A DNA stretch of 15,216 nt from Myxococcota bacterium (GTDB lineage Bacteria; Myxococcota_A; Polyangia; Polyangiales; Houyiibacteriaceae): assembly GCA_039030515.1 (NCBI GenBank), contig JBCCEA010000060.1:1-15216 (forward strand). Reading direction: 5' to 3'. Below are positions 8,539-15,216 of the stretch, piece after piece. The first letter of the stretch is position 1, and the number at the start of each line of letters is the position of its first letter. A program made the translations under genes and the position numbers. The notes under the pieces were generated by a model that worked only from the letters and a program-made list of their open reading frames with translations, was not told the DNA's origin and did not search any database.

Positions 8539-9525
8539 ATGCGCACAATTCGATACAGAGAAGCGATTCGAGAAGCCCTACTCGAAGAAATGGATCGAGA
8601 CTCCCGAGTCTTTTTGATGGGTGAGGAGGTCGGGCACTACCAGGGAGCGTATAAGGTTTCTGAGGGGCTGCTGGCGCGCTTTGGCGAGTCGCGGGTGATC
8701 GACACCCCGATCGCTGAATCGGGTTTTGCTGGCATCGGCGTAGGCGCAGCGATGACCGGACTTCGACCCGTGATCGAGTTCATGACCTGGAATTTCTCCT
8801 TCGTCGCGCTCGATCAGATTGTGAGCAACGCTGCCAAGGTCTACCAAATGAGCGGAGGAAAGATCTCCGTACCGATCGTGTTCCGTGGCCCAAACGGGGC
8901 GGCAAAGCAGGTGGGTTCCCAACACAGTCACTCGGTGGAACCGTTTTATGCTTCGGTGCCGGGACTCTGGGTCTGCGCACCCGCCACACCCCGTGATGCT
9001 AAGGGGCTGCTGAAAACCGCGATCCGAGACGCCAATCCGGTCGTATTTCTCGAAGGCGAAACTCTGTACAACGTGTCCGGCGAGGTGCCCGACGAAGGCG
9101 ACGAAGAGCTGATTCCCTTCGGAGAGGCACGTACCGCTCGGGAAGGAACAGACTGCACCGTTGTCGTTTGGGGCCGTCCCTATTACGAGACGATGAAGGC
9201 GGTCGAAGCGATTTCAACGGCACTGGAGATCGAATGCGAGGTCATCGACCCGAGGACCGTTCGACCCTTGGATACCGCGAGCATCGTGCAGAGCGTGAAG
9301 AAAACCAATCGATGCGTGGTGGTCCACGAGCATTGGCCGATGGGAGGCCCGGGAGCTGAAATCGTCGACACGGTGCAGCGGGAGGCTTTTGACTTTCTCG
9401 ATGCCCCGGTGGAGCGCGTCGCATCTTTGGACATACCGATGCCGTACGCATCCCATTTGGAAGACACGGTATTGCCCACCGAATCGCGCATTCGGTCGGC
9501 CATCGAGAAGGTTTGCTATGCGTGA
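8539..9525 (+). CDS. pdhB: Pyruvate dehydrogenase E1 beta subunit
   Basis: MGEEVGHYQGAYKVSEGL, DTPIAESGFAG, EFMTWNF, FRGPNG, QHSH. Confidence 0.96.
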   Translation: MRTIRYREAIREALLEEMDRDSRVFLMGEEVGHYQGAYKVSEGLLARFGESRVIDTPIAESGFAGIGVGAAMTGLRPVIEFMTWNFSFVALDQIVSNAAKVYQMSGGKISVPIVFRGPNGAAKQVGSQHSHSVEPFYASVPGLWVCAPATPRDAKGLLKTAIRDANPVVFLEGETLYNVSGEVPDEGDEELIPFGEARTAREGTDCTVVVWGRPYYETMKAVEAISTALEIECEVIDPRTVRPLDTASIVQSVKKTNRCVVVHEHWPMGGPGAEIVDTVQREAFDFLDAPVERVASLDIPMPYASHLEDTVLPTESRIRSAIEKVCYA

Positions 9526-9636
9526 TCGGTCGAATGGATGTGGTCGATCCGCGGCGAGCAGCAGGCCGATTTTTACGCAGTTCAGAACAGATACTGCACG
9601 TACTGCGTCAGTCGGTCCGCGACTCGATCGGCCCGA

Positions 9637-9680
9637 TCACGGTAGTCGGTTTGATAGTGGTCACGATAGTCAGTTTGATA
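9637..9680. repeat. 24-bp imperfect tandem duplication in the pdhB-pdhC spacer
   Basis: TCACGGTAGTCGGTTTGATAGTGG followed by TCACGATAGTCAGTTTGATA. Confidence 0.6.
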
Positions 9681-9729
9681 ATAAGGGCCCGATTCATCCG
9701 CTGATCGGCAGCGGAACACGGAGTGCATA

Positions 9730-11097
9730 ATGGCGAAGATCGTTGGGCTGCCCAAACTATCCCCGACCATGGAAGAAGGAACCCTTTCCCGATGGACCGT
9801 TCAGGAGGGGGACAGCGTCGATGTAGACGACCTGCTTGCCGAGGTAGAAACCGATAAGGCGGTCATGGAGTTTCGATCCTTTGATCGAGGGGTTCTGCTG
9901 AAAATACTGGTGCCGGAGGGCGAAATAGTGGCCCTTGATGCGCCAGTCGCGATCATCGGCACCAAAGGCGAAGACATCTCGGCCTTGCTGCAGCAGGTGG
10001 CGGGCGGACCAGCTACACCATCCACTGCTTCGTCCCCAAAATCCGCCTCGCCCGGCACCCTAGACTCCAGCGGCGCCCTAGACTCAAAAGCGAGCCCCCC
10101 GGACTCCACTGCAGCCTCTGGTTCCTCAGAAGCGAGGGCTTCCAGTATATCCGCAGCTGGAGACAAAGCTCTGAGCGATCCTGGCGACGGACAAAGCAAG
10201 GGCTCCGATCGGATTCTTGCCTCACCGTTGGTTCGTCGATTGGCTCGGGAGAGAGATGTCGATCTGGCGTCCATCTCGGGAACAGGCCCGGGAGGCAGGA
10301 TCATCAAGCGCGATCTTGAGGGTTATGTCGCCACGCCATCATCCAGCGAATCATCGTCATCGCACATTTCATCGTCACCTCACGCGGCCAGCATCGCATC
10401 CAACCTCGTGGATTCTGCTCCGAGGGTAGAGAAGCTGAGCTCGATGCGGCGCACGATCGCCCGACGGCTGACCGAGTCCAAGCAGCAGGTTCCTCATTTC
10501 TACCTCACGATCGAAGTCGATGCGGAGCCGCTCTGGCAAACACGCAAACAGATCAATGCGTCTCTCGATGGTGAAAAGGTTTCGCTCAACGACCTAGTCA
10601 TCAAGGCTTGTGCAGTGGCCCTACGCCGCGTACCGGCCTGCAACGCGTCTTTTGCCGGTGACGCGATTCACTACCATCCAAACGTGGATATTTCGGTTGC
10701 TGTTGCAGTACCGGAAGGACTGATGACGCCAGTAGTGCGAAACGCAGATACCAAGGGCGCGCTTGCCATTTCTCGCGAGGTCAGGGATCTGGCGGCGAGG
10801 GCAAAAGAGCGCCGACTGCTACCTGAAGAGATGACGAACGGCACGTTTTCCATCTCGAACCTGGGGATGTTCGGTATCGACGCGTTCAGTGCAGTGATCA
10901 ATCCCCCCGAGGGAGCCATCCTCGCGGTCGGCGCTGCCCGGGAAGTTCCCGTGGTCGTCGATGGCGCACTCAAGCCGGGGCGACGTATGTCGATGACCCT
11001 CAGCTGCGACCACCGAGTGATCGACGGCGCGATCGGCGCTGGCTATCTCAAGGTATTGCGGGGGCTTTTGGAGTATCCGCTCAACATGATTCTATAG
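9730..11097 (+). CDS. pdhC: Pyruvate dehydrogenase E2, dihydrolipoamide acetyltransferase (one lipoyl domain)
   Basis: LSPTMEEG...EVETDKA lipoyl motif, ASPLVRRLARE...GTGPGGRI subunit-binding domain, SCDHRVIDG catalytic motif; GGAG upstream. Confidence 0.96.
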   Translation: MAKIVGLPKLSPTMEEGTLSRWTVQEGDSVDVDDLLAEVETDKAVMEFRSFDRGVLLKILVPEGEIVALDAPVAIIGTKGEDISALLQQVAGGPATPSTASSPKSASPGTLDSSGALDSKASPPDSTAASGSSEARASSISAAGDKALSDPGDGQSKGSDRILASPLVRRLARERDVDLASISGTGPGGRIIKRDLEGYVATPSSSESSSSHISSSPHAASIASNLVDSAPRVEKLSSMRRTIARRLTESKQQVPHFYLTIEVDAEPLWQTRKQINASLDGEKVSLNDLVIKACAVALRRVPACNASFAGDAIHYHPNVDISVAVAVPEGLMTPVVRNADTKGALAISREVRDLAARAKERRLLPEEMTNGTFSISNLGMFGIDAFSAVINPPEGAILAVGAAREVPVVVDGALKPGRRMSMTLSCDHRVIDGAIGAGYLKVLRGLLEYPLNMIL

Positions 11098-11546
11098 GGC
11101 CGCGGGCGTTCAGGCACGCCATAGCGCCGCTTACCTTCGATGCTCCTCGCTCAACGTACTCAAAGTACGCCTTCGCTCCTGCGCTTCGAGGGCGCTGGCT
11201 CTCTGACGCCCCTGAACGCCCGCGCCGTGATGACAAACGCACCCCATAGCGCCGCTTACCTTCGATGCTCCTCGCTCAACGTACTCAAAGTACGCCTTCG
11301 CTCCTGCGCTCCAGCACGCCTCGCTAGGCCTGAACGCCTGCTTTCCTCCCATGCTCGACGTTCGAAGTATCGTCAATACTCCTTCACGTCTGCGCGTGCG
11401 GGGCGCTGGGCGTTCAAACCCATCGAGACGCGCTGGTCGAGGGCGCTGGCTCTCTGACGCCCCTGAACGCCCGCGCCGTGATGACAAACGCACCCCATAG
11501 CGCCGCTTTGCTCGTCGTCGTCAGGTACCCACGACCGCGGGGGGTT
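11098..11546. repeat. Cluster of ~125-bp palindromic REP/REPIN- or MITE-like elements between convergent genes
   Basis: Inverted arms CGCGGGCGTTCAGG (11101-11114) and CCTGAACGCCCGCG (11211-11224); 125-bp period (11119 vs 11244); central CGTAC-TCAAA-GTACG hairpin; partial copy near 11509-11530. Confidence 0.9.
11311..11436. mobile_element. 126-bp hairpin element inserted inside another copy of the family
   Basis: Copy 1 reads CTCCTGCGCT|TCGAGGGCGCTGG. Copy 2 has 126 bp at that junction, bounded by CCAGCACGCCTCG...CGAGACGCGCTGG (11/13 inverted match). Confidence 0.8.
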
Positions 11547-11584
11547 GGGGGTGAGGTGGCAGAGCGACGCTTACGCACTTGGTT

Positions 11585-12991
11585 CTAGCACATGCCGTGA
11601 AACTTACGATCAGGGTTAGAGAAGACCTTTGAAGGGTTGAGAATGCCTTTTGGATCGAAGACCTGCTTGATCTGTTTCTGATAACTGATCAGCGCCGGAG
11701 ACTGTTCGAGGTGTAAGTAAGGCGCCTTGAGCAAGCCCAATCCGTGTTCGCCACTCAGCGTTCCTCCAAGCTCCAGCGTGCGGCGAAAGAGTCCTTCGAT
11801 GGCTCGGTCCACCCGAGGGCGCTCGTCAGGGCTGTTCCAAAGAAAGTTGACGTGCAGATTGCCGTCTCCGGCGTGACCATACGTGGGGATCAGAATCTCC
11901 TCACGCTCTGCTGTTTCGCGGCAGTACCGCAGGAGATCTCCGATGCGTGGACGGGGGACGACCACGTCTTCTGAGAGCTTGAATGTGGCTTTTCGACGCA
12001 TCGAGTAGCTGAGCTGGCGTCGCGCGCTCCAGAGTCGTTCCCGTTCATTCGAGGTCGCGGCAACGAGAACATCGAGGGCGCCGCAATCGAGCAGTGCATT
12101 GCCGAGTCGTTCGACTTCGCCTTCAAGAAGCGTCTGACTGCCGTCAAGCTCCAGCAACAACATCGCCGTGGCGTCCTTCGGGATATCGAGACCCGCCTGA
12201 GGACGCACGAGTTCCAAAGCCACCGTATCGAGAAGCTCCACACATCGAGGCATGAGGCGCTCGCGAATCGCGGTGTTGACCACACTCTCCACGCCGACGT
12301 CCCCTTTGACAAAGACCATCATGGTCGCGATCGCTTCGGGCTTCGGAATCAGCTTGAGGCGTGCTTCGGTGACGATCCCCAAAGTGCCTTCGCTGCCGAC
12401 CATGAGCGCCGTGAGGTCGTATCCGGTCACGCCCTTGCGAGTTCGCTTACCCAACTGGAGTACGGTTCCGTCACCGGTCACCACGGTCATGCCGAGAACG
12501 TATTCGCGGGTGACCCCGTACTTGAGCGCTCGGGGACCGGCCGCATTGGCGCCGATATTGCCCCCGATAGCGCAAGTGTCTGCAGAGTTGGGATCAGGTG
12601 GATAGAACAGCCCTTCCGCTTCCACCGCGCGATGAACCAGGCCTGTAGGCACGCCCGGCTCCACCAAAGCAGTCATGTCGTGCCGGTCCACTTCACGTAT
12701 TTCCTGCATTCGTTCGAAGCTGAGCACCAGCCCGCCTTGCTCGGGCACAGATCCTCCGACGCGGCTGGTACCGCCACCTCGCGGGGTGATCGGAATACCG
12801 TAGTCGTTGGCCGCCTGAACCACCGCCGCAACATCTGCGGTAGAGGCGACCCGAACCACCGCGACCGGTTCTACCGGCGTAGCTTCGCTTTCATCTTTCG
12901 CGTAAGACTGCAACTGGTCGCGGTCGGTGATCAGAGCATCCGTACCGAGAGCACGGTCGATAGCGATTAGGGCGGCGTCGGTGGATCCCAT
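11585..12991 (-). CDS. FAD-binding oxidoreductase, GlcD/D-lactate dehydrogenase-like (2-hydroxyacid oxidase family)
   Basis: PRGGGTS, YPPDPNS, IGGNIGANAAGP, LKYGVTREYV, GSEGTLG, GHAGDGNLH, SGEHGLG. Confidence 0.92.
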   Translation of the reverse strand: MGSTDAALIAIDRALGTDALITDRDQLQSYAKDESEATPVEPVAVVRVASTADVAAVVQAANDYGIPITPRGGGTSRVGGSVPEQGGLVLSFERMQEIREVDRHDMTALVEPGVPTGLVHRAVEAEGLFYPPDPNSADTCAIGGNIGANAAGPRALKYGVTREYVLGMTVVTGDGTVLQLGKRTRKGVTGYDLTALMVGSEGTLGIVTEARLKLIPKPEAIATMMVFVKGDVGVESVVNTAIRERLMPRCVELLDTVALELVRPQAGLDIPKDATAMLLLELDGSQTLLEGEVERLGNALLDCGALDVLVAATSNERERLWSARRQLSYSMRRKATFKLSEDVVVPRPRIGDLLRYCRETAEREEILIPTYGHAGDGNLHVNFLWNSPDERPRVDRAIEGLFRRTLELGGTLSGEHGLGLLKAPYLHLEQSPALISYQKQIKQVFDPKGILNPSKVFSNPDRKFHGMC

Positions 12992-13088
12992 GAAGCTTCA
13001 TCTTAGTGTCAAACCGCATGAAAGACCTCCTGGGCGACTCGGCCCTGTTGTATTCCAAAGCGACTCTATGGCGCCCCTACTCTACTCA

Positions 13089-13105
13089 CCAGCGCGTCTC
13101 GATGG
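13089..13105 (-). repeat. Isolated terminal arm of the 126-bp element
   Basis: CCAGCGCGTCTCGATGG is the exact reverse complement of 11420-11436. Confidence 0.75.
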
Positions 13106-13149
13106 TCGTGAAGAAGTGAAACCCACCCACTACCCAAGAGGACTTTCGA

Positions 13150-13345
13150 CGAAGAAAGCGGTAGCGAGCGAGAGAAACAAGCAATTCAAGACCTGCTGCG
13201 ACGAGGCCTCCGAGTGCCCATGAAGATCACGTGCGAATGCGTCACCATCGACTTCGAGGCTTCGCTGAACCATCTGCGCGTTCCGCTGCGGCATTGCCAA
13301 CTGGAACGAACGACGAACCTTGTGGAACGTACTTTCGTACAGAAA
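13150..13345 (+). pseudogene. IS256-family transposase C-terminal remnant (boundaries approximate)
   Basis: One frame reads DFEASLNHLRVPLRHCQLERTTNLVERTF, resembling the IS256 (Mutator-type) H-x-x-x-x-RTTN-x-x-ER segment as I recall it. No full ORF is present. Confidence 0.6.
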
Positions 13346-13348
13346 TCT

Positions 13349-13819
13349 TCAGGCTATACCGTCGCGTCGATCCGATCTTCTGGCGATGGGTGGGACGAGC
13401 GGCTGCTCGAACGAGCTCTGCATGCGAACACCGAGCGCGTCTAGGATCCGGCTTGCGCGGTCCACGGTGATGTTGTGGTACTCGTTCCGCTCGTCCCGAG
13501 ACACCTGCGATTCGTGGACGCCGAGCCGGGAGGCGAGCTCGCGCTGCGTGAGACCGAGGGCGATGCGCAACGCGACAAGCGCATGTCCAAGTCCGTGCAG
13601 GTTCATCATGTCTGCGATGTCGCCACGCTTGAGCCGCTCGTAGCTCTCGACCTCTTCGCCGAGCTGGTCGTGGAACGAGCGCAGCGGGTCGATGGCCCGC
13701 TTCACCTCGTCGGGGCCGAGGCCCATGCCTTCCAGGTGTGCCTTGTGGTCGTTCAGGCGAGCGCGCTCTTCTTGGAGCCGCCGCACCGCCTCCTGATACT
13801 CGCTCTCGTTGCGGATCAT
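13349..13819 (-). CDS. XRE-family HTH protein, HigA-like putative antitoxin, 156 aa
   Basis: Start MIRNESEYQEA at 13819, with AAGGAGA upstream and an ATGA overlap with the upstream gene; HTH LRIALGLTQRELASRLGVHESQVSRDE. Confidence 0.85.
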   Translation of the reverse strand: MIRNESEYQEAVRRLQEERARLNDHKAHLEGMGLGPDEVKRAIDPLRSFHDQLGEEVESYERLKRGDIADMMNLHGLGHALVALRIALGLTQRELASRLGVHESQVSRDERNEYHNITVDRASRILDALGVRMQSSFEQPLVPPIARRSDRRDGIA

Positions 13820-14370
13820 GGCTGGTCTCCTTTCTTGATCTTCACGGTTCCTTTGGGCCGTCCGTCGCAGCGTGAGAGGCGAAATGCCGACGAGAACTCG
13901 AGCTCGTTTCCATACTTGTCGCGGATGCCCGAGACCTGGCCGTAGTGGGGGTACATTTCGACTCGATAGTGGCGCCACATCGGCAACTGCTTCTTCGGGT
14001 AGCCGCGATACGGACGTCGCGATGCCGGGTCCCAAGTCCAGACCTTGTGGGGGTCGCGCAAGTTGAGAGCACTTTGCAGTCGACCGCTGGCCAATTCCAG
14101 GAGGTCGCAGACGAAGTACCCGTCGATGTCGTTCGGATGCTCCTTGTCCTCCACGAAGGAACCGTCAAGGAAGATCTCCGTGACCCCGACCTGCCAGAGC
14201 TGTTGGACCAGCACCTCGACGTTGTTCACGAGCTTGCTGCGCCACCCGCGATCCCAGTTCAGGTAGCCTCCCGCGGGACCCTGCACGAGGATCGACGCGC
14301 GTAGCTCGGCCAGCGTCAGCTCGTAGTCGCCGGCAGGCAGGCACCCGTCCGCGTCAAAGTCAGGCAACAT
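13816..14370 (-). CDS. Nucleotidyltransferase-like protein (DUF6932-like), putative toxin
   Basis: MLPDFDADGCLPAGDY N-terminus and the LDGSFVEDKEHPNDID pol-beta-type GS...DxD motif; coupled to the HTH gene. Confidence 0.75.
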   Translation of the reverse strand: MLPDFDADGCLPAGDYELTLAELRASILVQGPAGGYLNWDRGWRSKLVNNVEVLVQQLWQVGVTEIFLDGSFVEDKEHPNDIDGYFVCDLLELASGRLQSALNLRDPHKVWTWDPASRRPYRGYPKKQLPMWRHYRVEMYPHYGQVSGIRDKYGNELEFSSAFRLSRCDGRPKGTVKIKKGDQP

Positions 14371-14439
14371 GGCCCGCCTCTCGCCCGTTTGGGATGCGGC
14401 TTTCTGATGGCTCGGATCGCACTTCGGTCTCCTGACTAC

Positions 14440-14475
14440 ATTTTCGTCAAGCTTGACTTGATTGTCAAGTTTGAC
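14440..14475 (-). promoter_or_regulatory. Promoter with twin palindromic operators for the NTase-HTH operon
   Basis: GTCAAGCTTGAC (14446-14457) and GTCAAGTTTGAC (14464-14475) overlap a minus-strand TTGACA (14468-14463)-N17-GAAAAT (14445-14440). Confidence 0.7.
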
Positions 14476-14581
14476 TCGAAGCGGAGATCAAAGCCGGTGA
14501 CAGCCTAGAAGCCATACTAACACAATAATATCAAACATTTAGCATGGCAAGGAGACGAAGACGGCCTTGTGCTTGTCATCC

Positions 14582-14665
14582 TCAACGCAAGCGCGAGCGG
14601 TTCCGCATGAAGTCGATCTGGTACGGCTCGAGCTCGAAGGAAACGTCGTTGAAGGAGGCGAGGCG
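14582..14665 (-). pseudogene. Short coding remnant, possibly a phage terminase large subunit N-terminus
   Basis: RLASFNDVSFELEPYQIDFMRNRSRLR-stop, almost all codons ending in G/C; cut at its 5' side by an element arm at 14668-14687. Confidence 0.3.
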
Positions 14666-14667
14666 GT

Positions 14668-14731
14668 AGCGGCGCTATGGCGTGCCTCTGTCGCACCCCC
14701 CCGCGGCCGTCCAGGCCTAGCGAGGCGTGCT
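14668..14731 (-). repeat. Mosaic of element-arm fragments
   Basis: 14668-14687 is the reverse complement of 11112-11131; 14695-14710 resembles the reverse complement of 11531-11546 (14/16); 14712-14731 is the reverse complement of 11313-11332. Confidence 0.75.
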
Positions 14732-15109
14732 CCAGCGGGCCTATGTCGGCCCAAACAGCTGCTTGCCTCACATGCTCGTCCCTCAACGTACTCAAAGTAC
14801 GCCTTCGCTCCTGCGCTTCCGGGGCGCTGGCTGTTTGAGCCAACCTAGGCCCGCTGGGGGGTAGTGGTCACTAGGCCTGAACGCCTGCTTGCCTCACATG
14901 CCCGTCGCTCAACGTACTCAAAGTACGCCTTCACTCCTGTGCTTCCGGGGCGCTCGCTGTTTCGTCCAACCTAGGCCCGCTGGGGGATGGTGGTCACTAG
15001 GCCTGAACGCCTGCTTGCCTCCCATGCTCGTCCCTTGAAGTAGCGAAACTACTCCTTCACTCCTGCGCTTCCGGGGCGCTGGCTGTTTGAGCCAACCTAG
15101 GCCCGCTGG
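14732..15109 (+). repeat. Three tandem 126-bp elements (14732-14857, 14858-14983, 14984-15109)
   Basis: Each ends in CCAACCTAGGCCCGCTGG. The first has matching arms CCAGCGGGCCTA...TAGGCCCGCTGG. All share the core ATGCTCGT..-hairpin-CCTTC(G/A)CTCCTG with minor variation. Confidence 0.92.
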
Positions 15110-15216
15110 GCCGAGGAGGAGGGTACTTTTAGGTACCTGACGACAACGAGCATCTTCGGTCAGCCGCTGTTTGGGCCGACACGCGCAGCGGGCCTAGGTT
15201 GGTTCAAACAGCCAGC
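15110..15216 (-). repeat. Two inverted partial copies of the same element family
   Basis: The reverse complement of 15110-15182 reads TGTCGGCCCAAACAGC...ATGCTCGTTGTCGTCAGGTACCTAAAAGTACC. 15186-15216 is the reverse complement of the right arm and runs off the window. Confidence 0.8.

Noticed and set aside
7568..11097. Absence of lpdA (E3) from the pdh cluster
   Set aside because: E3 is often encoded elsewhere and shared between complexes, so this is ordinary.
11131..11493. ORFs 11131..11493, 11140..11457, 14517..14843 and 14567..14848
   Set aside because: They run through palindromic repeats; the shared peptide text simply reflects the repeat.
11539..11559. G-rich tract as a G-quadruplex
   Set aside because: Lacks four separate runs of three or more G; part of it matches a repeat fragment at 14695-14710.
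13820..14035. N-terminal extension of the 228-aa ORF 13349..14035
   Set aside because: It overlaps the NTase gene; the ATG at 13819 has an RBS and an ATGA coupling.
14732..15109. CRISPR array
   Set aside because: Units are similar along their whole 126 bp with no unique spacers, and there are no cas genes.
11098..15216. Integron attC sites
   Set aside because: No consistent RYYYAAC/GTTRRRY termini, no gene between tandem copies and no integrase seen. The cassette array at 1-1487 also lacks attC-like hairpins.

Overview
High-GC bacterial window; the gene style suggests a myxobacterium or relative (inference only). Left (1-7013, minus strand): a putative operon with a 417-aa lipoprotein and a 1449-aa multidomain lipoprotein (HExxH metallopeptidase-like, FN3-like, beta-helix, choice-of-anchor-Q-like tail). 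These are followed by a tandem array of at least three ~680-bp cassettes. Each cassette carries a Cys-rich exported ~188-aa paralog, and the two downstream ones also carry a near-identical copy of the big gene's last 74 bp. Middle: a pdhA-pdhB-pdhC pyruvate dehydrogenase cluster (no lpdA in the window) and a convergent GlcD-like FAD oxidoreductase. Right: a nucleotidyltransferase-like/XRE-HTH putative toxin-antitoxin pair with a clear operator, plus IS256-like and phage-like gene remnants. Two clusters (11098-11546 and 14668-15216) hold a ~126-bp palindromic element family. Copies are tandem and nested, appear to insert without target duplication, and keep a covarying apical hairpin. Two arms of one variant bracket the TA-containing segment.
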